Shown: one piece after another, positions 55,758 through 64,000 of the stretch | How the letters are laid out: every line of letters starts with the position of its first letter | How positions within the stretch are numbered: position 1 is the first letter of the stretch | DNA from: a virus | Taxonomy: Duplodnaviria; Caudoviricetes | Strand: one strand, 5' to 3' | Virus record (IMG/VR): IMGVR_UViG_3300025018_000003 | Coordinates: 1-64,000 of that record | DNA: 64,000 bases | The notes under the pieces: generated by a model | Seen by the model: only the letters and a program-made list of their open reading frames with translations | What the model was told of the DNA's origin: nothing | The model's database searches: none | Translations under genes and position numbers: made by a program

Positions 55758-56021
55758 TCACTCACCACGCTTGCGAAGCGGGTGGTCCCAAGGCAGTTCT
55801 TCAGGGAGCATGTCCCATCCGTAGACTGCGGTCTCCAAGGTCTTGATGCCGACACCCTGGCGAGGACGGTTGGTAGTGTAGATCCTCCACTCCATCGAGA
55901 TGAAGGAGAGAAATCCGATGTGGTAGTGTCCTTCCACGTCGAGGATGACGAGGTCAGGGGACACGGTGGGATTGCCCGCCAGTTGAGGCGGGAGGGACGA
56001 GGATGCGCGGTTGATGTACAT
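55758..56021 (-). CDS. Hypothetical early protein
   Basis: 87-aa ORF just upstream of the tRNA cluster. Confidence 0.5.
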   Translation of the reverse strand: MYINRASSSLPPQLAGNPTVSPDLVILDVEGHYHIGFLSFISMEWRIYTTNRPRQGVGIKTLETAVYGWDMLPEELPWDHPLRKRGE

Positions 56022-56023
56022 GG

Positions 56024-56287
56024 TCAGTTGACGGCTGTGTGGTGGTAGAGAACACCGCAGATGTTGTTGCAGACGTGGTCTGTTTCGTAGCCATTGAGGT
56101 CTTCGAAGCAGATCGGCTTCAGTATCTGGGTGTCAGGGTGATCGTGTGTCTCGATGAGACAGAGACGACAGGGAAAGGTGATGTGGTTCACGAAGTAGTC
56201 GTACTGCTTGATGGCAGATTCGATGGTATCGTGGACCGTGTTGAACCGGTGGAGAGGAGACTCCGAGGCGCAGACGATGATGATCAT
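56024..56287 (-). CDS. Hypothetical Cys/His-rich early protein
   Basis: 87 aa, coupled to its neighbour. Confidence 0.55.
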   Translation of the reverse strand: MIIIVCASESPLHRFNTVHDTIESAIKQYDYFVNHITFPCRLCLIETHDHPDTQILKPICFEDLNGYETDHVCNNICGVLYHHTAVN

Positions 56288-56293
56288 GGTAAG

Positions 56294-56482
56294 CTACCTG
56301 TTGTAGGCCCAACGGTTGAAGAGGAAGAGGATGAGGCCAGCAGTCAGCATGGCCCAGCCTCCGTACCAGCGAGCGTAGTCGTGGATGGGAGCGGAGATGA
56401 TCATGTCCAGCACCATGGAGGCTCCGAGGAGGATGGCAGCGACGGACAGGATCGAGAGCGTGGTGAAGGTCAGTGTCTGCAT
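56294..56482 (-). CDS. Small two-TM membrane protein
   Basis: Two hydrophobic stretches; accaccATG start. Confidence 0.55.
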   Translation of the reverse strand: MQTLTFTTLSILSVAAILLGASMVLDMIISAPIHDYARWYGGWAMLTAGLILFLFNRWAYNR

Positions 56483-56741
56483 GGTGGTGGTTGACAGTGG
56501 CTGCACCCTGGAGATCAAGGTGTCACCAAGCAGCAAGCTCGGTGAGGAATGCTTGCAGTGCCCCCCGTGTAGGGAAGCAGTGGCAGATGCCGTTGACTAC
56601 GATGGTGTACGTCATGGTGACAAGTCCTCGTGTCAATTGAGAGAGTCGAAGGTCCCTCTCAGGATACCCTGTTGTCATGATCGTCCTCGTTGTTGGTAGG
56701 ATGATCTCAGGGTGCAGCCAGTTGTCAGTTGTGCCCTATCA

Positions 56742-56891
56742 CTAGGGTGTGGTGGTGGATGGTGAACGGAGGTCTGTGTAGGCAGAGAGGAAGAGGATGC
56801 TGGTGATCAGCAGCCAGAGGAATGGGTCGTAGAAGAAGATGAACCACGAGCCCCAGATAGTGCCGACAAGGAGGTATGCGAGTGCTTTCAT
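56742..56891 (-). CDS. 49-aa membrane protein (not in the ORF track)
   Basis: Hand translation: MKALAYLLVGTIWGSWFIFFYDPFLWLLITSILFLSAYTDLRSPSTTTP*; accaccATG start. Confidence 0.5.
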   Translation of the reverse strand: MKALAYLLVGTIWGSWFIFFYDPFLWLLITSILFLSAYTDLRSPSTTTP

Positions 56892-57192
56892 GGTGGTACT
56901 CCAGTGAGACAGTGGGATAGATCAGTGTACTAGCTGTTCAATCCGTCGGTGCAGAGTGAGTCAGCAGTTTGGAGGATGGAGGAGGAGGAGGACCACAGTC
57001 ACGTACTTACGAGCACACTTGTGACCCAACTTGTTAGCCTAGTTGATAGTCAACTTAGCATAACATTTGAGCCATCAGTTGAGCCCACTCAAACTGAAGG
57101 CCTCGGGGACCATTCGTTTCCGACTTCCGCGGGTCTGTGGTGGCCATCTCCACAGGCGGGTTTACCGAGACCTTCAGTTGAGGAGAGACTTA

Positions 57193-57212
57193 GAGGCCCC
57201 CGAAGGGGCCTC
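57193..57212 (-). terminator. UUCG-tetraloop hairpin after the 57.2-57.8 kb gene
   Basis: - strand GAGGCCCC-TTCG-GGGGCCTC; no strong U-tract. Confidence 0.55.
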
Positions 57213-57218
57213 AGAGGC

Positions 57219-57758
57219 TCAGGCAGTCGCAACCTGCCGCTCCTCGATGAACGGAGAATCCGTATCATCGTGAGCGAGCATGGTGGCGACGTCCGCCTGG
57301 CGCTGGTCTACGTCCTGGATCGCAGGATCAAGGACGAAGACATTGCGCCCGAAGGTGGCGAATCCCTCGAAGAGGATTTCGTTACCTTCGCTGGTGACGA
57401 GGCGATGGCGGTTCTCGAAGTTGTCGAGAAACGCTTGCGCTTCGTCGCCAGACAGGGCCCGGTAGCGGGCCAGCTGCCCCTCGGACATCACGCTCTGCGG
57501 GATGCATCCGAGGTGGCGCTGGACAGCACCGCCCTGGATCGCGTCTGCGATCTTCGCATCGTCCCATTCAGCAGGGACTGCGACGAAGCAGTAGCGCTCC
57601 GACGTAAACTCACGCTGTCCCTTGACGAAGGGACTGCGCGAGTAGTCGTACGAAGTGACCACGCTCTGCTTGACATGAGCGCTCTTGGTGCTCGGGTCAA
57701 ACTGATCGGGGTACACGTTCACGAGTTCCACCTTGGAACGAGAGATCGACTTTGCCAT
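57219..57758 (-). CDS. First gene of the early block; hypothetical with acidic tail (possible SSB-like)
   Basis: MAKSISRSKVELV...; strong codon bias suggests high expression. Confidence 0.7.
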   Translation of the reverse strand: MAKSISRSKVELVNVYPDQFDPSTKSAHVKQSVVTSYDYSRSPFVKGQREFTSERYCFVAVPAEWDDAKIADAIQGGAVQRHLGCIPQSVMSEGQLARYRALSGDEAQAFLDNFENRHRLVTSEGNEILFEGFATFGRNVFVLDPAIQDVDQRQADVATMLAHDDTDSPFIEERQVATA

Positions 57759-57759
57759 G

Positions 57760-58279
57760 GGTAAAGCACCGACGAAGTTGGTGATACAAAACAGGTCCGG
57801 GGGCCTTTGGACCCCGAGACCAAGCGGGGGTCGCTGATCAGGGTCCTTCACGCTCTCGTAAACCTTCTCCAGTAGGGGGGGGGTTGTTCTATCACAACAG
57901 GACGACGGGGGGTATTTTGAACTAGCCTGCTAGGCCGGGCGCTTACGCAGATGCCTACACTACCATTTCGCACCGGCACTTCACAGGTGAGGATGCAAGG
58001 AGGTATGGTTGTTGGATGACGTGTTGTTGAAATCCTCTTTTGACGACACGACTGTACAGTAATGTCTATGGCGAGTACACGTCCCCTGTACCTGGCACCA
58101 CTCATAATCACAGTCATCATACTGGTGGTGCTGGCAACAGCTATGGGCTGAGCGCAGGATTTTCGGCCTCTGCGCACTGATTTCAGGGTTTGTTGAGAAA
58201 TCCTCAACAGGTTGTATCTTGTTGGCACACGATGTGCTCTAGGAGCAGTCGAGTGTCACTCAACCAACCCTGAACGACC
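57760..58279. promoter_or_regulatory. Divergent intergenic control region (strand switch)
   Basis: About 500 bp, more AT-rich than the rest, with no credible CDS; contains G9/G6 runs and the repeated TGTTGA(G)AAATCCTC motif. Confidence 0.6.
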
Positions 58280-58585
58280 ATGGACATCCTGTCCTATTTC
58301 TCGAATCCGTTCGCCCTGGTCCCTCTCGTGATGATCGTGGGCGGCTTCATCAACACCAAGATCGGACTGAAGGGGACTGCTGCACAGGCAGTGATCGCCG
58401 CGTCCGCTCTGGCACTGGCTTTCCTCGGCAACTGGCTCGAACTCGGGTTCTTCGGGACCCAGGATCTGCTCTGGACCGGGATCTACGGAGTTGCGGCGGC
58501 TCTGTCCAGCATGGGGATCGCGTCCAACGACTTCATCAAGATGATCCTGGAGCTGGTCAAGCTCAAGGTGCCGAAGAAGAACTGA
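58280..58585 (+). CDS. Holin-like three-TM membrane protein
   Basis: Three hydrophobic segments and a basic C-terminus (KLKVPKKN); GIYGVAAALSSMGI resembles Bacteroidota phage holins. Confidence 0.6.
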   Translation: MDILSYFSNPFALVPLVMIVGGFINTKIGLKGTAAQAVIAASALALAFLGNWLELGFFGTQDLLWTGIYGVAAALSSMGIASNDFIKMILELVKLKVPKKN

Positions 58586-58669
58586 CGGGAGAGAGGGGTG
58601 GGGTGGCCTGATACCCCAATGAGGCCGCCCCGCCCTCCTTCCTGCACCTGCACACACAGAGAGAAAGAG

Positions 58670-59392
58670 ATGACTGGATGCATGCACCCCATCAGTCGTC
58701 CCGATTTTACCGCTGAAGCGGGACAAAGTGACTTTCAGAGAGACGTTCAACGCGTCGAGAAGTCTCTGAACGAGCGGATTGCCGCTGCGGCAGTAAAAAG
58801 GGATGTGGAAGAGGAGGGACTGGAACAGGCTGTTCAGCAGATCCTGCGTGGAGACTGGGACAAGATGGATCCCTGGACACGGAACGACAAGATCTTCCTG
58901 CTGATTCGGGCCGCCAACCGTCTCAGCCGTACGGATTTGATCAGTGCTCTGGCCGAGTACCACGAAAAGGTCTGGCACCAACCGGCAGTTTGCAGCGATC
59001 CCAGCAGGCAATCTGCAGCCTACCACAAGTACCGGCCCGGGAAGGCCAACCCCCCTGAACTGCAGAGGGAGATGGCCATCGCCGCAGGTACGGGATGGAA
59101 GGACGATCAGGAGAAGTTTCCCTGGCACATGATGCCGATGGAGTTCCTGGACTGGGTCTCCCAGATCTACCACCACGGAGCACTGAAGTACGCCTGGGAC
59201 AACTGGAAGAACCTCGACTCCGACCGGATGGCGGATGCTGCCTTCCGACATGTGAAGCACCACATTGAGGAGCGTCAGAGGGGGACCCAACTTCCCAAGG
59301 ACAAGGATTCCGGTTTCGACTCACTCGCCCACGCCGCCTGCGGATCCCTGATGGCGCTGTGGCTGGCCCATAAGGAGGGAAACGATGACTAG
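58670..59392 (+). CDS. dATP/dGTP diphosphohydrolase-domain protein (DUF5664) with N-terminal extension
   Basis: KDDQEKFPWHMMP...HGALKYAWDNWK...DAAFRH...DKDSGFDSLAHAACGSLMAL. Confidence 0.85.
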   Translation: MTGCMHPISRPDFTAEAGQSDFQRDVQRVEKSLNERIAAAAVKRDVEEEGLEQAVQQILRGDWDKMDPWTRNDKIFLLIRAANRLSRTDLISALAEYHEKVWHQPAVCSDPSRQSAAYHKYRPGKANPPELQREMAIAAGTGWKDDQEKFPWHMMPMEFLDWVSQIYHHGALKYAWDNWKNLDSDRMADAAFRHVKHHIEERQRGTQLPKDKDSGFDSLAHAACGSLMALWLAHKEGNDD

Positions 59393-59669
59393 CTGCAAGT
59401 CCTACCCCGAATACAAGGGTATCCGTCCTCCGACCTGCGGGTGCGATGCCTGCTGGGAGCGGTACAACGCCAGGCACCTGGTCCCCGGAACAATGGTCCA
59501 GACCATCAAGGGAGACCGGTTCGACAAGAACGCCAGGTCGAGGAAGATGGAGTTCGTCGGACTGGGGGGCCAGTGGAGAGAGTTCCAGCAGGCCAAGGTC
59601 CGGATCCGTCTCTACAGACGTGAACGTCTGGCCACATTCCTTCTGAAGAATCTGAGAGAAGCGGCATGA
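59385..59669 (+). CDS. Hypothetical protein (CxxYxxYxGIRPPxCxCxxC)
   Basis: Cys-rich N-terminus; coupled to its neighbours. Confidence 0.6.
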   Translation: MTSCKSYPEYKGIRPPTCGCDACWERYNARHLVPGTMVQTIKGDRFDKNARSRKMEFVGLGGQWREFQQAKVRIRLYRRERLATFLLKNLREAA

Positions 59670-59839
59670 GAACCATCCATCAGCGCTACGAGGACGGGCC
59701 CCGCCCCGGGCCTCCGCCCAACCAGATCCGTCCTTACCTGCTCTTTGCATGGCAGCTGGTGAAAAAGGTGGCCACGTTTCTGGCCATCCTGATCGTCGTC
59801 ACCTGGGCCATGCTCTCCATCATCGAGGTGCTCAAGTGA
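59666..59839 (+). CDS. 57-aa membrane protein
   Basis: ATGA overlap; C-terminal VATFLAILIVVTWAMLSIIEVL. Confidence 0.5.
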   Translation: MRTIHQRYEDGPRPGPPPNQIRPYLLFAWQLVKKVATFLAILIVVTWAMLSIIEVLK

Positions 59840-60105
59840 AAGAGGTTGTGAAGGTCTACGCTGTCCTGGCTTACATAGCGTGGGACAAGGTGGAGGTCGA
59901 CGGGAAGAAGCTGATCCCTACCGGGCTGGGGGTTGGCTTCCTGCCGATCTTCGATTCAGAGGAAGTGGCCCGGAAGAAGTATCCCAACCACGAAGTCATC
60001 TCCATCGAGATGGAGGTGGAGGTCAAGAAGGATGATGTTGAAGTTCATGGACGGGCCGTACAAGGGGACGACGATGTCTGCCCCTATGGCTCCTTCGACC
60101 TATAA
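59836..60105 (+). CDS. Hypothetical protein
   Basis: GTGA overlap start. Confidence 0.5.
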   Translation: MKEVVKVYAVLAYIAWDKVEVDGKKLIPTGLGVGFLPIFDSEEVARKKYPNHEVISIEMEVEVKKDDVEVHGRAVQGDDDVCPYGSFDL

Positions 60106-60170
60106 CATGATCGGCACCCTCAACAGGGAGCGGGTCAGACTCACCTACGAACGCACCACGATCCACGGCG

Positions 60171-60461
60171 ATGAAGCAGAATACGAACTCTCAGAAGGTA
60201 GTCGGCGAGGCACGCATCCCGTTGGAGGAGTGGCTCCGGATGAGGAACGCGCAGGCTGACGCCCAGGAGTACAAGGAGAAGACCGAGATCGCCCTGAAGC
60301 ACGTTCAGACCCTGCTCAGCTATCTTCTCCGCAGCGATGAGGAAGTCGGGCGCAAGTTGGTGCAGGCCATCCAGACGTTCAACAACCAGTCCCACGCCGC
60401 GGTCTTCAGGGTCGAGGAAGGGAAGGTGTACGTAGAACTGAAGGAAGATGAGCCGTCCTAA
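60171..60461 (+). CDS. Hypothetical helical protein
   Basis: 96 aa with typical codon use. Confidence 0.6.
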   Translation: MKQNTNSQKVVGEARIPLEEWLRMRNAQADAQEYKEKTEIALKHVQTLLSYLLRSDEEVGRKLVQAIQTFNNQSHAAVFRVEEGKVYVELKEDEPS

Positions 60462-60502
60462 GAAGATCCCACGACAGCACGAACACACGTACAGGCGCAG
60501 AA

Positions 60503-60856
60503 ATGGCCACCAACATCAAAAGGAAGATCCTGAAGGTCCCGGCCAAGACCATCCTTCAGTATCTGCAGCTGTTCAACGGGCTGTTCGAGCTGACCACCAA
60601 GGAGCTGGAGGTACTTGCCGCTTTTGTGACGCTCCACCTGCACTTGAAGAAGACTGGTGTACTGGCGAATGCCTTCAGCTCGGACATGAAGAAGAAGGTC
60701 GGGGAGACCCTCGGCTTCGACAACTGGAACCACCTGAACGTCTACATCAAACAGCTCCGCGACAAGAGGGCTATCCGGAAGATTCCAGGCGGCTATGAGA
60801 TCCACCCTTTCCTGATCCCACAAGGGGAGAAGGAGATCATCTTCAGACTGACGTGA
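60503..60856 (+). CDS. crAss-like HTH protein
   Basis: LTTKELEVLAAF...KKKVGETLG...LNVYIKQLRDKRAI...IHPFLIP, recalled as the conserved crAss gene near IHF and TerL. Confidence 0.65.
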   Translation: MATNIKRKILKVPAKTILQYLQLFNGLFELTTKELEVLAAFVTLHLHLKKTGVLANAFSSDMKKKVGETLGFDNWNHLNVYIKQLRDKRAIRKIPGGYEIHPFLIPQGEKEIIFRLT

Positions 60857-61212
60857 AAAAGAACCTGCAACCCATCCTGTTCCTGACCATCGCCATCCTG
60901 GTCCTGGTCAGCCTTCTGGCAGCCCGTCCTGCAGATGATTCCGTCCTGGTGGCCCAGATCAAATACGAGGACTCGCTCGGTGGTCCGATCTTCAAGACGA
61001 CGACGGCCAAGGTGGCTGTCGAGAGACTGAACGACGGCACCTTCATGGTGCTCTGGCCCGTGGAGCCCGGCCCCAACGGTGCCCGGGTGGCCATGCTGCG
61101 TGTGGAAGGTGTCTGGAGTACCCTGATGTCGGTCCAACACACCGTTCTGTATGGAGACCCGTCGGTCTTCTACAAGGGCGTCCCACTCAACGAACTCCCC
61201 ACATACGAATGA
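60853..61212 (+). CDS. Secreted/periplasmic hypothetical protein
   Basis: Signal-peptide-like MKKNLQPILFLTIAILVLVSLLAA. Confidence 0.6.
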   Translation: MKKNLQPILFLTIAILVLVSLLAARPADDSVLVAQIKYEDSLGGPIFKTTTAKVAVERLNDGTFMVLWPVEPGPNGARVAMLRVEGVWSTLMSVQHTVLYGDPSVFYKGVPLNELPTYE

Positions 61213-61550
61213 TCCTCCAGCTCCTTCTCCTGGCCGTCTTCGGCTTCCTGCAGAACATGGCCTTCACCTGGACCTCCAGGTCCAGGAACTCTGGTGATCC
61301 GTCCTACCACCGGTATGCGGCGTGGTGCTCCAACGGCATCTGGCTGGTCACGAACCTGACCGCCCTGAACATGCTGCTGGATCCCATCAAGAACGGGGAC
61401 TACCTGACGGCGCTTCCTGCGGGCATCGTCTACGTTCTGGCCACTACCGAGGGATCGGTGTACATGATGAGGCTCCTCCTGGGTCACTCACACCTTCCTT
61501 TCCTGTCCAAGTACCTGGTCGAGAAGGGAGATCGTAAGGTGGGGGCCTGA
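61209..61550 (+). CDS. Small multi-pass membrane protein
   Basis: Three hydrophobic segments. Confidence 0.65.
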   Translation: MILQLLLLAVFGFLQNMAFTWTSRSRNSGDPSYHRYAAWCSNGIWLVTNLTALNMLLDPIKNGDYLTALPAGIVYVLATTEGSVYMMRLLLGHSHLPFLSKYLVEKGDRKVGA

Positions 61551-61554
61551 TACC

Positions 61555-61800
61555 ATGGCGAAGCCAGTCCACAAGAAGGAGATCATCCGGAAGATCGCCA
61601 GGGAGCTTGGGCTCTCCATCGGCGAAGTAGAGGAGGCTGTGGACTCGCAGTTCCATTTCGTCGCCAGCGTGATGAAGTCTGACACCTTCGACCAGATCCG
61701 GCTGCCCTTCTTCGGTCGGTTCTGGGTGAAGGCTCAGAGACTCAAGCACCTTCAGAAGTTCGGCAAGCGCATGCCGGAGGACACAGATGAGGCTGAATAG
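61555..61800 (+). CDS. IHF/HU-like DNA-binding protein
   Basis: KKEIIRKIARELGLS...VEEAVDSQF...IRLPFFGRFWVK. Confidence 0.8.
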   Translation: MAKPVHKKEIIRKIARELGLSIGEVEEAVDSQFHFVASVMKSDTFDQIRLPFFGRFWVKAQRLKHLQKFGKRMPEDTDEAE

Positions 61801-62290
61801 CAACTACTTCGACGGAGTCCGGGCCATGAGAGCCCGGCTCCTGGACATCGAGGGTGTGATCGGGCACCCCCACGCCCGTCTCCTGATCAGGAACGCGAGG
61901 TACTCCCTCGGTCTGGTCCTGGAGCACACCGGCAACCCCCACAATCCCTACACCCGGGCGCACAACACCAGGAAGCTGCACGGGGAGAACTACCGGGCTC
62001 CGCAGGCAGACATGCCGACGAACCCCAAGAGCTGGCCCATCGGGGATGTGATCGCCAAGATGGAAGTGGTCAGACAGGAGCTGAACGACGTAGCCCGCCT
62101 GATCCACTCCTCCCTGTACCTGCCGCTTGGGGAGATGGAGTTGTCCCACGTCGCTGATTTCGTCTCCAGGGCCTGGCAGGACACGCTGCTGGCACGCTGC
62201 TACGTGAGCGCCACCCTCGCCGCAGCCGCGGAGAAGGACCTTCCTCCCATCGAAGACTCAACCATCGATGATGAAGACAAGCAGTTTTGA
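61787..62290 (+). CDS. Hypothetical protein, 167 aa
   Basis: Coupled ORF. Confidence 0.6.
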   Translation: MRLNSNYFDGVRAMRARLLDIEGVIGHPHARLLIRNARYSLGLVLEHTGNPHNPYTRAHNTRKLHGENYRAPQADMPTNPKSWPIGDVIAKMEVVRQELNDVARLIHSSLYLPLGEMELSHVADFVSRAWQDTLLARCYVSATLAAAAEKDLPPIEDSTIDDEDKQF

Positions 62291-62591
62291 CGAGCACGAG
62301 CAGGCGCAGGGCAGGATAGGGCGTGTGTTCTTCGAAGGCATGCATCCTGACTACGGAGCGTCTACAGTTCTTCTTCTGCTGCTGCCAGTGTTCGAGCAGA
62401 AGGGACTCCGCGGAACCTGCTTCATGAGAGTGGCCCACAAGCCGGATGCGTTCACCGTCGGGCACTGGGTCAGGTTTGAGGGGTTGAAGGGGACTGTGGT
62501 CTACCCAAACGGCAACGAATTCCCGATCAACAGGGTAGGGCCTACCTTCTCGACCTACGAGAGCCCAGGCAAGATCTTCTCCGGAGGCTGA
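62268..62591 (+). CDS. Hypothetical protein, 107 aa
   Basis: Coupled ORF. Confidence 0.5.
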   Translation: MMKTSSFDEHEQAQGRIGRVFFEGMHPDYGASTVLLLLLPVFEQKGLRGTCFMRVAHKPDAFTVGHWVRFEGLKGTVVYPNGNEFPINRVGPTFSTYESPGKIFSGG

Positions 62592-62592
62592 T

Positions 62593-63159
62593 ATGGATCT
62601 GCTGCGTGTTGAGGACGACCTGAGGGCCTACCCGTCCCCAGAGATCGCCAACATCCCTGAGTTCAAGGAACTGATCAGACGTGACCGTGGGTCACCGGGG
62701 GACTCCCAGGGCCGCATGAAACAGCGGGCCGCCAGGGAGTTCGCCTACATCTACCACGTCGCTTCCCACCAGTCGCCCTACCGGGTGTACGACGGGGACC
62801 TGCGTGAGGAGGAGGTCCGCAAGGACATCTTCCACGACATGCCGGAGTGGAAGCCGGACAGCATCCTGGAGGCGGCCCTGGCCAAGTACAGGGCTCTGAC
62901 GGAGACGGAGCTGACGAAACTGCTCTCCGGGGCGGTCTCCGCGGTCAACAAGCTCCGGGACTACTTCGAGAAGGTCAACTTCACCGACGTGGATGCCGAT
63001 GGGCGGCCTATCTACAACGCCAAGGACGTTGTTTCCAACCTGGCCAATCTTGGCAAAGTAGTTGAAGGGCTACAGAAGCTGAAGGAACAGGTCGAGAAAG
63101 ACGAACTGGGAAGTGCCCAAAATCGTCGTGGAGTTGACACCAACAAATACTCGGAGTAG
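62593..63159 (+). CDS. Conserved crAss-like protein upstream of TerL (possible terminase small subunit)
   Basis: IPEFKELIRRD...AAREFAYIYH...SPY...WKPDSILEAALAKY...YFEKVNFTDVD...GRPIYNAKDV. Confidence 0.65.
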   Translation: MDLLRVEDDLRAYPSPEIANIPEFKELIRRDRGSPGDSQGRMKQRAAREFAYIYHVASHQSPYRVYDGDLREEEVRKDIFHDMPEWKPDSILEAALAKYRALTETELTKLLSGAVSAVNKLRDYFEKVNFTDVDADGRPIYNAKDVVSNLANLGKVVEGLQKLKEQVEKDELGSAQNRRGVDTNKYSE

Positions 63160-63161
63160 AC

Positions 63162-63503
63162 ATGCCACCGTTCTTGAAGGCCAGCAAGATCTACATGGTA
63201 CCTGAGCAGTTCGAGAAAGGGCCCCAGAAGCTTCTGGACACCCTTTCCGAGCTGGGTGTGGAGTTCGACCAGGATCAGAAGGAGACGAGGGAGATCGAGG
63301 GGGAAGACGGGGTCAAGGTCCTGATGGTGGAGGTGAAGATCCCAATACTGGTCGACATGGACGACATCTACGAGATCACCGCCATCTACGGCAGGCCTGA
63401 GCTGACCGGTCTGATGTACAGGACCGATGATCAGCGTGTGATCGACAGGCCCTTCACGGAGATGATGGAGCTGTGGCAACAGATCTACGGGGAGGCCAAG
63501 TGA
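63162..63503 (+). CDS. Hypothetical protein, 113 aa
   Basis: Its stop overlaps the TerL start (GTGA). Confidence 0.6.
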   Translation: MPPFLKASKIYMVPEQFEKGPQKLLDTLSELGVEFDQDQKETREIEGEDGVKVLMVEVKIPILVDMDDIYEITAIYGRPELTGLMYRTDDQRVIDRPFTEMMELWQQIYGEAK

Positions 63504-64000
63504 GCAGGATTCTGGTCAACACGGATCTTCTGAGGGAGCGGGCTCTCCACTTCCTGAGGCACGGGTATTACACCGATGCTCCGCCCGGCACGCGTGCCTA
63601 CCACGAGTTCTGGGACGAGGAGATCCGCAGGATCAACAACGGCTACTCCGTTGGGGGCCTTCACATTACGGGCTACCACTACTGGTACCTGAACTACTGC
63701 CAGATCCTCCGTGTCGAGGATCAGGCGGAGATCTCAGGTCGGAGAGGAGTGGGCAAGATCCAGACGTTCCCGGCATTCTGGGACGGCGACTACAACTACT
63801 TCTGGGCCGTCGAGATTGCTCGCCATGGCATCGACCCCAAGCTCTACGAGAAGCTGGGCCTGGAGATCTCCATCATCCCGGAGGACCTGAAGGGTGGCCG
63901 CCATCTCGTGGTGCTGAAGGCCCGCGGCAAGGGCTACTCGTACAAGGCCGGGTCCATGCTGTCCAAGTTGTTCAACACCGGGCGGAAGATGAAGTCCTAC
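63500..64000 (+). CDS. terL: Terminase large subunit (3' truncated)
   Basis: Hand translation from GTG 63500: ...GYYTDAPPGTRAYHEFWDEEIRR...GLHITGYHYWYLNYCQI...FPAFWDGDYNYFW...HLVVLKARGKGYSYK (crAss-type Walker A). It is missing from the ORF track because there is no stop in the window. Confidence 0.9.
   Translation, partial: MSRILVNTDLLRERALHFLRHGYYTDAPPGTRAYHEFWDEEIRRINNGYSVGGLHITGYHYWYLNYCQILRVEDQAEISGRRGVGKIQTFPAFWDGDYNYFWAVEIARHGIDPKLYEKLGLEISIIPEDLKGGRHLVVLKARGKGYSYKAGSMLSKLFNTGRKMKSY

Noticed and set aside
55730-55812. Crossing complementarities (CTGCC/GGCAG, TGCTCCC/GGGAGCA) suggesting a riboswitch
   Set aside because: They largely overlap the 3' end of a plausible CDS, and no known aptamer consensus is present.
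57100-57170. CCATTCG and GCGGGTTTACCGA resemblance to the c-di-GMP-I (GEMM) riboswitch
   Set aside because: The GAAA tetraloop and receptor are missing on +, and G-U evidence puts the structure on -.
58670-59392. Z-genome (diaminopurine) call from DUF5664
   Set aside because: No purZ or datZ is in the window, and DUF5664 often occurs alone.
1-64000. Stop-codon reassignment, CRISPR arrays, DGR, integrase, inteins or group I introns in PolB/RNR/TerL
   Set aside because: Long genes are intact in the standard code with TAG, TGA and TAA all used as stops; no suppressor tRNA, repeat-spacer array, RT or recombinase was seen; marker genes are uninterrupted and of normal length.

Overview
The window is a 64-kb piece of a GC-rich (roughly 60% by eye, not computed) Crassvirales-like (crAss-like) podophage genome in three blocks. 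(1) 1-27.6 kb, + strand: a virion module with an amidase, a tail/muzzle-type protein and five ejection (cargo) proteins. One of these is a 3096-aa virion RNA polymerase (DFDID motif) fused to a zincin-like HExxH domain and a RecD/Dda-like helicase. (2) 27.6-57.8 kb, - strand: replication and nucleotide metabolism (class II RNR, dUTPase, rIIA/B, UNG, exonuclease, primase, AAA ATPase, DnaB-like and SF2 helicases, PolB), followed by an early region with many small ORFs, a complete tmRNA, four tRNA or tRNA-like genes (two structurally aberrant) and several unexplained structured non-coding elements. (3) 58.3-64 kb, + strand: late genes (holin-like, DUF5664, HTH, IHF/HU-like, start of TerL). The most striking unexplained pattern is in the three largest ejection proteins. 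Across about 6,060 aa they contain only four cysteines, all within four residues of the ends that face each other in gene order, and the two C-termini share an LxxxGxhxxxC motif. This suggests a head-to-tail, disulfide-linked ejection chain. All family assignments come from motif recognition and recall; no database searches were run.
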